Below, one piece after another: positions 46,378 to 55,204 of a stretch of DNA of 64,000 nt; positions within the stretch are counted from its first letter, which is position 1; each line of letters opens with the position of its first letter. The notes under the pieces are model-generated. The model was given only the letters and a program-made list of their open reading frames with translations, was not told the origin of the DNA and ran no database searches. Made by a program: the position numbers and the translations under genes. This stretch comes from a virus, in the IMG/VR virus record IMGVR_UViG_3300027810_000002, positions 64,001 through 128,000 of that record, one strand, 5' to 3'.

Positions 46378-48150
46378 TTAGTGTTGGTAAACGAATACTA
46401 CTTCGTCTTGTGCATCAATTACATAACCTGGGTTAGATAAAGTAACCTGTGGTCCTGCAACTGTTTGAACAAATACTCTGTGTCCGTTAACAAATACATC
46501 TACTAAAGATGATTGGTCTTCTTGTACAGGGTGTGCTAAACTGTAAACTAATCCAGCTCCAGCGAATGTTTCAGTAGCCATTTGATCATCTTCGATGATA
46601 GCAGCTTCTAATACATCTAATCTACCGTCTTGAACTGATTGCTCAGCGTCAGTAGAAGCGATTTCAGCAGCTAGTGCAGAATCAATTCTTGTAACGTCAG
46701 CGTTAGTAGCAACGATTTCAGCGTTTAACTGAGATTGTAAATCAGAATCAGCTTGATCTCTTGCTAATTCCTCAGCAGCCATTTCAGCGTCATGCTTAGC
46801 TTCTAATGAAGTAAAGTCTGCGTTAGTAGCAGCGATTTCATCAACTAAACCAGCTTCAACCTCTGATACTCTCGTATCGATTGAAGTAAATTCAGCAGTG
46901 ATAGCTCCTTCTAAAGAAATAACATCAGAATTAGTAGCAGCGATTTCAGCAGATAAAGCAGTATCGATTCTAGTAACATCAGAGTTAGTAGCAGCGATTT
47001 CAGCAGATAAAGCAGAATTGATACTAGTGATATCAGAATCAGTAGCAGCGATTTCAGCGTTTAAGTTAGAAATTACTACAGCTAAAGCGTTATCATTTAC
47101 AGTATCAACAGCGTTGATTAAAGAAACAACCTCAACGAATGTATCTTTGTCAGCGTCAGCAGCTAATAAGATTGCGTCGATTCTTGCGTTTTCTGCATCA
47201 ATGTTAGCTTGTAACGTTGAGTCAGCAGCAGCATAAGCAGCTTCAACTCTTACGAAGTCAGAATTAGTAGATGCAATTTCTGCAGCTAATTCTCCTTCAA
47301 CTCTTGTAAAGTCAGAGTTAGTAGAAGCGATTTCAGCAGCTAGTGCAGAATCAATTCTTGTAACGTCTCCATTAGTAGCTAAAACTTCAGCGTCTAATTC
47401 AACTCTTAAGTCAGATACTTCATCAACTAAATCTCCAGATACTTCTCCTAATCTTAAGTCAATAGAAGTAACATCAGAATTAGTAGATGCGATTTCATTG
47501 TCTAAAGCAGATTGTAATGCAGTGTCAGCTTGCTCTCTTGCTAATTCCTCAGCAGACATTTCAGCGTCATGCTTAGCCTCTAAAGAAGTGAAGTCAGAGT
47601 TAGTAGCTGCAATCTCTGCAGATAATTCTCCTTCAACTCTTGTAAAGTCAGCGTTTGTTGCAGCGATCTCTTGAGAGATTGCTAAGTTAATGCTTGTGAA
47701 ATCTGCGTTAGTTGCAGAGATCTCATTGTTTAAGTCAACGATTACCGCTCCTAAAGCGTTATCATTTTCTAAATCAACAGCATTGATTAAAGAAACAACC
47801 TCAACGAATGTATCTTTATCAGCATCAGCTGCTAATAAGATTGCGTCGATTCTTGCATTTTCTGCATCAATGTTAGATTGTAACGTTGATTCAGCACCTT
47901 CAGCTCTTGATTGTTCAGTAGATAAATCTCCTTCTAATCTAGAAACGTCTGTGTTTGTAGCTGATACTTCACCAGCTAAAGCAACTTCTAAAGAGTCAAT
48001 TGATGCGTCTAATTCCGTTTGAGCTGCAACTATCTCATCACCAACGTACTTTGCGATGTCAGATGTGTTTGCAATCTCAAAAGAAGATGTAGCTGCCCAG
48101 TTTACTGTGCTTAAGAAATCCTTAATTTGTTTTGAACGAATTTGTGCCAT
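46378..48150 (-). CDS. Acidic coiled-coil fibre protein
   Basis: 18-residue AEIAATNSDxTRxDxAL repeats; duplicated ADADKDTFVEVVSLINAVD; C-terminal VFVNG domain. Confidence 0.75.
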   Translation of the reverse strand: MAQIRSKQIKDFLSTVNWAATSSFEIANTSDIAKYVGDEIVAAQTELDASIDSLEVALAGEVSATNTDVSRLEGDLSTEQSRAEGAESTLQSNIDAENARIDAILLAADADKDTFVEVVSLINAVDLENDNALGAVIVDLNNEISATNADFTSINLAISQEIAATNADFTRVEGELSAEIAATNSDFTSLEAKHDAEMSAEELAREQADTALQSALDNEIASTNSDVTSIDLRLGEVSGDLVDEVSDLRVELDAEVLATNGDVTRIDSALAAEIASTNSDFTRVEGELAAEIASTNSDFVRVEAAYAAADSTLQANIDAENARIDAILLAADADKDTFVEVVSLINAVDTVNDNALAVVISNLNAEIAATDSDITSINSALSAEIAATNSDVTRIDTALSAEIAATNSDVISLEGAITAEFTSIDTRVSEVEAGLVDEIAATNADFTSLEAKHDAEMAAEELARDQADSDLQSQLNAEIVATNADVTRIDSALAAEIASTDAEQSVQDGRLDVLEAAIIEDDQMATETFAGAGLVYSLAHPVQEDQSSLVDVFVNGHRVFVQTVAGPQVTLSNPGYVIDAQDEVVFVYQH

Positions 48151-48335
48151 ATTATTTTATTTATTATATTTTGGCCTAACAACCTTATTGTCGTTAGTGA
48201 ATTATATATTCTTGTTAAGTTGTAATAATTGTCATATTTGGACGTAATATGTTAATAGAATTCAAAAAATTGGGTTTTTCCCATTTTCCCTATTAAAGAT
48301 GAGGTATACGTGTGCACACGTGAATTAGGATATTA

Positions 48336-49589
48336 TTACCTTAGATCGTCGGATTTTGCTTCGTATATTAAATTGATCTCGTCTCCGATTTCTAATTCAT
48401 ACCCTGCAATATCTCCATTCCAATATAATTGATCTCCTGATCTAATCTCTTCAACGCTTGCAGCCGCTAATCCGCTATTACCTGAAAAATACGCGTCTTT
48501 GTCTTTAGTTCCATCTCCAACTTCAACACTAAGTCCGTTTACTTCAACCATAACATAAGAATCTTGATATGGTGAATACGTTATTAGTATTCCTGTTGCA
48601 GAATGATTTCCTACAGATGCTGATGGGTTTATATTCTTATCAACGTACGTTAAGATACCACTTTCACTAGCAGCTCCGCCTCCTTCAAAATTAAAAGTGC
48701 TTCCGGCAGCATGTGCATCTAGCGTATATGTTACTTCTTGATCTATTTCCCATTCTGTTTTTGTAACACCAGGCCCTGCTGATGCCGCTTCCATTGTTAC
48801 ATGTACCTTTATACCATCGCTGTCATCGTCAATTCCATTTCCCGAGGTAATATCAACTCTTTCCCATGTCTCTATTTTATAAATAGCGTACAGGTTTGAA
48901 TCCGATTGATCTATTATTGTAATTACTCCACTTATTTTATCATTAGTTATTCTTTTCTCTAAAAAGTTTTCTAGAGTTGTTAATCTAGTGTTGTTTGAAT
49001 TTAAGTTTCTAAATATTATAGTTTTAACTGCCATTGGGTAATGGGAATCAACTGTTAAATACCCAGGTGCCGTTGGATTAGAACCATCGATCTCTTGTAT
49101 TGTAAACGTTCCCGTACTAGAAGGTGCTTGTATTATTGTAGTAGTTCCTCCACCTGTTTCTCCAGATGGATCTCCATTGTCTATTACTGGATTGTTAATA
49201 ACGTCTCCAAGTAATAGTCTTGGGAATACGTAGTTTTTAGGTTGCGGATAATAGTTTTCGTAGTATACGCTTATCTGTGCATATAATCTACCAGATGACA
49301 AGTGAGTTGAGTTAGTTTCGTTAATATTAAAACTTATTTTACCTGTATCGTCTACTAAATCAACGTCTAAATCAACAGAAACTCCTGAAATAGAAGGTCT
49401 TGAAAATTGCAAAACTTTTTTATCTTCAACGTAAAGAGCAACATTAAATGATGTTGGTTGATTTAAATTCAATACAGATCCTATAAAATCTTTATATAAT
49501 ATGATATCATATGTCTGTGAATTTCCTTGAATGAAGTTTGATCCCCCGTCAATAAATGCTATTATATCGTCCTTTGCTACGTAAGCCAT
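48336..49589 (-). CDS. Fibre anchor/structural protein
   Basis: C-terminal domain paralogous to 42817..43581 (VEVNG...DAYFS...GDQLYWNG...AGYE). Confidence 0.6.
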   Translation of the reverse strand: MAYVAKDDIIAFIDGGSNFIQGNSQTYDIILYKDFIGSVLNLNQPTSFNVALYVEDKKVLQFSRPSISGVSVDLDVDLVDDTGKISFNINETNSTHLSSGRLYAQISVYYENYYPQPKNYVFPRLLLGDVINNPVIDNGDPSGETGGGTTTIIQAPSSTGTFTIQEIDGSNPTAPGYLTVDSHYPMAVKTIIFRNLNSNNTRLTTLENFLEKRITNDKISGVITIIDQSDSNLYAIYKIETWERVDITSGNGIDDDSDGIKVHVTMEAASAGPGVTKTEWEIDQEVTYTLDAHAAGSTFNFEGGGAASESGILTYVDKNINPSASVGNHSATGILITYSPYQDSYVMVEVNGLSVEVGDGTKDKDAYFSGNSGLAAASVEEIRSGDQLYWNGDIAGYELEIGDEINLIYEAKSDDLR

Positions 49590-49631
49590 TTCTATTAAGT
49601 ATTTTTTATATATATTCTTTTAAATTTAACT

Positions 49632-50318
49632 TTATTTTGTTAATTTATTATAAAGTGAATATCGCAGAACTGGTAATATACATCCTTCTAAATCTTCTTT
49701 TAACTTATGGTCTACTCTCCAAAACCTATTATCATCCGATTTTAATTTTAAATTAGTAACATAGTCTATCATTTCTGGAATTCCAGATAATTCAATGTCT
49801 ACATTTTTTAGTTGCATATCTTTCCACTCCCCTACTAATCTATAAGGATTATTATAAGAATAAGTTAATATATTATTATGATTTTTGTTTATTAGAAAAA
49901 CTATTCCTTTTGTTTTAGTAGGCATTTTATGAGGAATCTCAGTGATTATCATTTTTGACATGATTGCTCTCCACTTAACTCTTACCATTCTGAATAATGC
50001 TTCGAATTCTTCTATTGCAATTTCTACTAAATTATATATGTGAAATATTTCGTCTTGGGAATCTGGGTATTCGTAATCTAACGACATCGTGTCTAGATTA
50101 ATACCTGTAAGAACCTTTAATCTATCATCGATTTCACTCTTTTGGTTCTTGAGTTTATATAAGTCTTCTAACTGATATTCAACTTCAATAAGTGCGTCAT
50201 AGATCAATCCGGCCTTGATCATAGATTTTATCTTTTGAGTTGCCCCTAAAAGTTTATATCTTTTTAATTCAAAGTCGAAAGGTAAATCTGTAAGCCAATT
50301 CTTTTCTAATACGTTCAT
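49632..50318 (-). CDS. Hypothetical protein resembling a Bacteroidota conserved family
   Basis: N-terminal NWLTDLPFDFELKRYKLL; family resemblance from memory only. Confidence 0.55.
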   Translation of the reverse strand: MNVLEKNWLTDLPFDFELKRYKLLGATQKIKSMIKAGLIYDALIEVEYQLEDLYKLKNQKSEIDDRLKVLTGINLDTMSLDYEYPDSQDEIFHIYNLVEIAIEEFEALFRMVRVKWRAIMSKMIITEIPHKMPTKTKGIVFLINKNHNNILTYSYNNPYRLVGEWKDMQLKNVDIELSGIPEMIDYVTNLKLKSDDNRFWRVDHKLKEDLEGCILPVLRYSLYNKLTK

Positions 50319-50369
50319 GAATATATTTATTCATATTTTTCTCGAGTATTAGTAAAAATTAAACTTATA

Positions 50370-50684
50370 TTATAAAGTTTTTTTGTTTTTATTTTCTTCT
50401 TTAGTATTACTTTGTTTATTTAAACTAGTATTACTAAGGGTAAGTCCCCACTGTAGAATAAACCATTGAGCTTCTTTGATCGCCATAAATTTATTTATTT
50501 TTAAAACTTCTCTAATCCTATTAACACAGTGTTCGATAAAGGCGTCTTCTTCCACCTTGGTTGTCTTGTATTCCATGTACCATTGTGGATTATTTTTAAC
50601 ATCCTCATACGTTACATTGTGTGGTTTTAACTGCTCGTTAATTAATTCAACGAAAAGCTCTTTTGTTTTTTCTCGCTTTGTCAT
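50370..50684 (-). CDS. Hypothetical phage protein
   Basis: 104 aa; WY...WFILQWGL. Confidence 0.65.
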   Translation of the reverse strand: MTKREKTKELFVELINEQLKPHNVTYEDVKNNPQWYMEYKTTKVEEDAFIEHCVNRIREVLKINKFMAIKEAQWFILQWGLTLSNTSLNKQSNTKEENKNKKTL

Positions 50685-50709
50685 ATTACTTTATTATTTT
50701 ATTAATATA

Positions 50710-50904
50710 TTATAATGATATAAGAGTAGCAAAAGCATCTCTATCACTGAGTCCTATAAAGTCATCAATTAATAGAGATACCATTACTGCATCGTTCATC
50801 GGATTGAAAGAAACTTCTACAGGTTCTATTAGATTATTATAATCCTTTAATATCGTATTAAGATACTCTAATTTTTCTTGTTTAACGTAAAAATATACTT
50901 TCAT
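50710..50904 (-). CDS. Hypothetical protein
   Basis: 64 aa downstream of clpP. Confidence 0.6.
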   Translation of the reverse strand: MKVYFYVKQEKLEYLNTILKDYNNLIEPVEVSFNPMNDAVMVSLLIDDFIGLSDRDAFATLISL

Positions 50905-50921
50905 AATCCTATACTATTATA

Positions 50922-51590
50922 TTATCTTTTTTTAATAATCTCATCAATGATCCCGTACTTCTTAGCTTCAGCAGCACTCAACCAGAAATCTCTAGTAGCG
51001 TCTTTCATTACTACCTCAGGCTTTTTACCACAGTATTCTCCTAATAAAACAAACAACTCTTTGTTTACATCTTGCCAGTTTTTCCAATCAATCTCAGCAT
51101 CCTGTATATTTCCACTGAAACCCCCAGAAGACTGGTGTAACATTGTTGTGGAGTGCTTTAGTGACATTCTCTTACCTTTAGTTCCTGCTCCTAATAATAC
51201 TGAACCCATTGATGCGGCCATCCCTGTGTTGATCGTACGTATATCACACTTAATGTAATCCATAACATCTACCATAGAAAGTCCTGATTTAACAGAACCT
51301 CCTGGCGAATCAATATGCATTGTGATATCTCCCTCTGAAGTCGTATCTAAAAACATTAATTGAGCTTGTACTATTGTAGACATATTGTCATTAACTGGAC
51401 CAGCGACCCATAGTAATCTATCCATCATCAATCTTGAAAAGATATCCATCTGAGTTGCTCTCAATTCTCTTTCCTCTAAAATATAAGGAGTCATCGAGTT
51501 TTCAATCTGCTTTTCATAATAGTTCATGTTAGAAGAACTAACGTTGTGATCGCTTATCGCGTACTTTTTAAACTCGTTACTGTAATTCAT
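50922..51590 (-). CDS. clpP: ATP-dependent Clp protease proteolytic subunit
   Basis: DIFSRLMMDR, DSPGG, catalytic AASMG / MLHQ / RDFW; Bacteroidota-like N-terminus. Confidence 0.95.
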   Translation of the reverse strand: MNYSNEFKKYAISDHNVSSSNMNYYEKQIENSMTPYILEERELRATQMDIFSRLMMDRLLWVAGPVNDNMSTIVQAQLMFLDTTSEGDITMHIDSPGGSVKSGLSMVDVMDYIKCDIRTINTGMAASMGSVLLGAGTKGKRMSLKHSTTMLHQSSGGFSGNIQDAEIDWKNWQDVNKELFVLLGEYCGKKPEVVMKDATRDFWLSAAEAKKYGIIDEIIKKR

Positions 51591-51888
51591 ATTCTTTAAT
51601 TAAGTTTGTTATTTTTTCACAGGCTTCATACTCTTCCTGTTCTTTATAGTATTGTAATGACATTAACAATGATTTCGCGTACCCTTCTTTTTCTAACTTA
51701 GCTTCCATAGTGGTTCCGTCAGTATCTACAAAATAGCATAAAATATTTATTTCATAATTACTTTTTATATTAAAATCTATAAACTCTATCATTCTTTTAT
51801 AGAACGCGTCAGTATCTATTACTGGCCCGTGCTTAGATTCTAAGAAACCATTATCGTGTATATCAAAGTATGGTATTTCTCCTATCAT
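51577..51888 (-). CDS. Small protein with C-terminal UVR-like motif, overlapping clpP start
   Basis: YYKEQEEYEACEKITNL. Confidence 0.7.
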   Translation of the reverse strand: MIGEIPYFDIHDNGFLESKHGPVIDTDAFYKRMIEFIDFNIKSNYEINILCYFVDTDGTTMEAKLEKEGYAKSLLMSLQYYKEQEEYEACEKITNLIKEYELQ

Positions 51889-51892
51889 AATA

Positions 51893-52747
51893 TTATGTTA
51901 ATCTAATATTAAGATATTCTCTTAATATATTATTATATGTTATTTGTTTACTTTTATTTCCAACAGCTTCATTAATATCTTTCATGAAATTAATACCATA
52001 TTCTGTTAATAACATATTATCTTTCGTAAGATTGAATAAAGGATTTTCAATATTCATTGTGTAATTACTACCTTGCTTTTCGCTTTCTGATACAATTTTA
52101 GAAGACATATCAAAATGTCTTTCGTAAAAATGAATATTATCTGCACAGTGGTAGTATGTTCCTAGTTCTAATTCTGGGTAAGTTTCTAATAACCACAATC
52201 TCATATGTTGGTGTATGAAACTAAAGTAAGGTGCATCGAATGTAAGGCCATAGAATATATCATTAGATCTCATTTGAACTTTCATATTCAATTTATTGTC
52301 TCTAATAAAAAAGTTGAGATACATTGTACATACAAAATCTTTATTACCTTCAAATTGAAATTTAGGTTGGTTTAAGAATGATATTGCTTGTCTTGTATTC
52401 TTGTCTGACTTTAAAGAATCTAATGCCCATTGTAATTGGCCACCTAATAATAGGTAACCGTAATTAGAATTGATCTCATTAGAATTTGGATTAGTTAAAG
52501 TAGACCACATTCCTGAAAATTGACCAATGTAATCTACATCACGATCTCTATTAAGATACCAGCACAACTCTCCACCGAAATATTTCCAATTAAAAGATCT
52601 GCTATCAAAATGCGCAATCGTTTGTGTAGGATCAAACTCTAGGGTTTGAACAGTAAGTTCCTTAACCTTCATATCTCGAGGTTGAGAAACACTACCGTCA
52701 TGTTCTATATCTAAAATTAAATCTTTGAATTTATCGTTAAATGTCAT
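51893..52747 (-). CDS. Thymidylate synthase-family protein, possibly dCMP hydroxymethylase
   Basis: TRQA, DFVCT, MRSND, GLTFD, HFYERH. Confidence 0.8.
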   Translation of the reverse strand: MTFNDKFKDLILDIEHDGSVSQPRDMKVKELTVQTLEFDPTQTIAHFDSRSFNWKYFGGELCWYLNRDRDVDYIGQFSGMWSTLTNPNSNEINSNYGYLLLGGQLQWALDSLKSDKNTRQAISFLNQPKFQFEGNKDFVCTMYLNFFIRDNKLNMKVQMRSNDIFYGLTFDAPYFSFIHQHMRLWLLETYPELELGTYYHCADNIHFYERHFDMSSKIVSESEKQGSNYTMNIENPLFNLTKDNMLLTEYGINFMKDINEAVGNKSKQITYNNILREYLNIRLT

Positions 52748-52785
52748 ATATTATATTATTAAAGTAACTTACTAATATTATACTA

Positions 52786-54762
52786 CTATTTTAAAGAAAG
52801 TTTATCTTCTCCTTTTTTATGCGATATTGAATAAACCTTAGTTCCCATTACCATTTTCTTATCTATGATAGCGTCTGCTAAAATATCTTCTACATAATTT
52901 TGAACTGCTCTTTTTAGAGGACGTGCTCCATATAGTGGATCATATCCTTGTTCTGCTAAGAATGCTTTTGCAGGTTTATTGATTTTAATGGAATATCCTT
53001 GTTTTTCTAATCTAGTGATAACTTTATTTAATTCAATATCTACAATCTCCATCATATTATCTTTGCTTAAAGAATTAAATAAGATCATGTCATCTAATCT
53101 ATTTAAGAATTCAGGTGCAAACTTATTTTTAAGTTCTTTTCTGATAATAGATTCTACATGAGATTTCTGAGTAGCCATTGAACTATGACTTTCAAATCCT
53201 ATTCCTGCTCCGAAGTCTGAAACTTTCTTAGCACCTACGTTTGATGTCATTATAATAATAGTATTAGTGAAATCTACGGTTCTTCCTAGAGAATCTGTTA
53301 ATCTACCCTCGTCTAATACTTGCAATAGTGTATTGAATGTATCTGGATGTGCTTTTTCAACCTCATCAAATAATACAACCGAATAAGGTTTACGTCTTAC
53401 TTGTTCTGTTAATTGTCCACCACTCTCATGTCCAACATATCCAGGAGGAGATCCGATTAATTTAGAAACATTAAACTTTTCTTGATATTCTGACATATCA
53501 ATTCTAATAATAGAATCTTCATCGCCAAAATAATAGTTTGCTAAAGCTTTAACTGTTTCTGTTTTACCAACTCCAGTAGGACCAATAAACATAAAAGAAC
53601 CGATTGGTTTTTTAGATGAACTAACACCGGCTCTAGATCTTTTAATTACTTTACATAATCCAGTAACTGCAGTATCTTGTCCGATTATCATTGACTTAAG
53701 TTTAGCTTCCATGTCTGTAATTACTTTACTTTCGTCGTCTGTCATTCTAGAAATTGGAATTCCAGTTGCATCTGAAATTGTTTCAGCGATATCATCATAT
53801 GTTACAGGGCGTCTGTTAATTCTTAAATCACTTTGCCAATCCGCAATAGTTTTATCAATAAGATCTCTTTGTTTTATTTCAGCGTCTCTGTATTTTGCTG
53901 CTTTTTCATAATCTTGTTCTTCGACTGCAGATAGTTTTTGAGACTTTACTACTTCAATATTTTTCTCAGCCTCTTTAATATTTTCTGGCATTTTAACCTG
54001 AGATAGGTGTACTTTTGCGCCAGCTTCATCCATTAAATCGATTGCTTTGTCTGGTAATTCTCTAGAAGTAACATATCTATCAGAAAGTTCAACACATGCT
54101 TTCAGTGCTTCATCTGTATATTCTACTGCGTGATATTCTTCGTAGTTATCTTTAATTCTATTTAAGATCTCGATAGAATCTTCAATTGAAGGTGGATCAA
54201 TAAAAACTTCTTGGAATCTTCTAGTAAGTGCTCCATCAGTTTCTATATTTTCTCTGTATTCATCGAGGGTTGTTGCGCCAATACACTGTACCTGTCCTCT
54301 TGCAAGAGCTGGTTTTAAAATATTACTAGCATCTAAAGAACCGCTAACTCCACCAGCTCCTACCATTGTGTGAATCTCATCAACAAAGATTATAATATCC
54401 GGATTAGCCTTTAGCTCATCAACAATCTTTTTCATTCTCTCTTCAAATTCTCCACGGTATTTAGTACCTGCCACAATCGTCGACATATTTAAAGAGATTA
54501 CTCTTTTACCTGTAAGCGTCATTGCTACTTTTTTATCAACAATTCTTTGTGCTATAGCCTCGACCAGCGCCGTTTTACCTACACCAGGATCTCCTAATAT
54601 AATTGGGTTGTTCTTCTTTCTTCTAGAAAGGATTTGACAAATTCTATAAACCTCTTTGTCTCTTCCAATAATAGGATCTAATTTACCCTCAGCTGCTTGA
54701 GCTGTTAAGTCTTCTCCAAATTGATCTATTAACGGTGTTTTTGCTTGTTTCTTATTTGCCAT
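52786..54762 (-). CDS. clpC: ClpC-like AAA+ ATPase lacking the Clp N-domain
   Basis: Two NBDs (GDPGVGKT, GPTGVGKT), UVR middle domain EQDYEKAAKYRD, ClpP-binding IGF loop (GAGIGF). Confidence 0.9.
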   Translation of the reverse strand: MANKKQAKTPLIDQFGEDLTAQAAEGKLDPIIGRDKEVYRICQILSRRKKNNPIILGDPGVGKTALVEAIAQRIVDKKVAMTLTGKRVISLNMSTIVAGTKYRGEFEERMKKIVDELKANPDIIIFVDEIHTMVGAGGVSGSLDASNILKPALARGQVQCIGATTLDEYRENIETDGALTRRFQEVFIDPPSIEDSIEILNRIKDNYEEYHAVEYTDEALKACVELSDRYVTSRELPDKAIDLMDEAGAKVHLSQVKMPENIKEAEKNIEVVKSQKLSAVEEQDYEKAAKYRDAEIKQRDLIDKTIADWQSDLRINRRPVTYDDIAETISDATGIPISRMTDDESKVITDMEAKLKSMIIGQDTAVTGLCKVIKRSRAGVSSSKKPIGSFMFIGPTGVGKTETVKALANYYFGDEDSIIRIDMSEYQEKFNVSKLIGSPPGYVGHESGGQLTEQVRRKPYSVVLFDEVEKAHPDTFNTLLQVLDEGRLTDSLGRTVDFTNTIIIMTSNVGAKKVSDFGAGIGFESHSSMATQKSHVESIIRKELKNKFAPEFLNRLDDMILFNSLSKDNMMEIVDIELNKVITRLEKQGYSIKINKPAKAFLAEQGYDPLYGARPLKRAVQNYVEDILADAIIDKKMVMGTKVYSISHKKGEDKLSLK

Positions 54763-54824
54763 GTTCTTAATTAGTATTTATAGTTATTATAACGAATAAA
54801 CTGGATTTGTTTATTTATTAGTGA

Positions 54825-54857
54825 AAAAAAAAGAGCCAGTGGTTAACTAGCTCTTTT
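54825..54857 (-). terminator. Intrinsic terminator
   Basis: aaaagagctagt...actggctcttttttt on minus strand. Confidence 0.75.
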
Positions 54858-54940
54858 ATAAAAATCTATGTGGTTAAATGAATCTAACGCAGCACTGTTA
54901 AATATCGTTCTGATTTATATATCTATTTTTTACGAGCAAT

Positions 54941-55156
54941 TTAAAAATTTACAGATCTCATAGTACATTGAGAACAAACTACAGCTGAGGTATTTTCAGT
55001 TACTTCTGTCCATTCTTTACATCGAGTCTCACCGTCGTTTGGCGCCCACTGAGGATATCTGCTTTCTTCCAAATCGGAATTCATACAAATCATCGTGATA
55101 GTTTTGTCGGTCTTTTTAGTTTTCCAAACTTTCGTCATCTTTTTCTTCTTGGTCAT
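54941..55156 (-). CDS. Small Cys-containing (Zn-finger-like) protein
   Basis: C...C...CSQC; AAAC-N17-TATAA promoter at 55177-55202. Confidence 0.65.
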   Translation of the reverse strand: MTKKKKMTKVWKTKKTDKTITMICMNSDLEESRYPQWAPNDGETRCKEWTEVTENTSAVVCSQCTMRSVNF

Positions 55157-55204
55157 AATATATTATTATTTGATTATTATACTTAAATATTACCTTTTGT
55201 TTCT

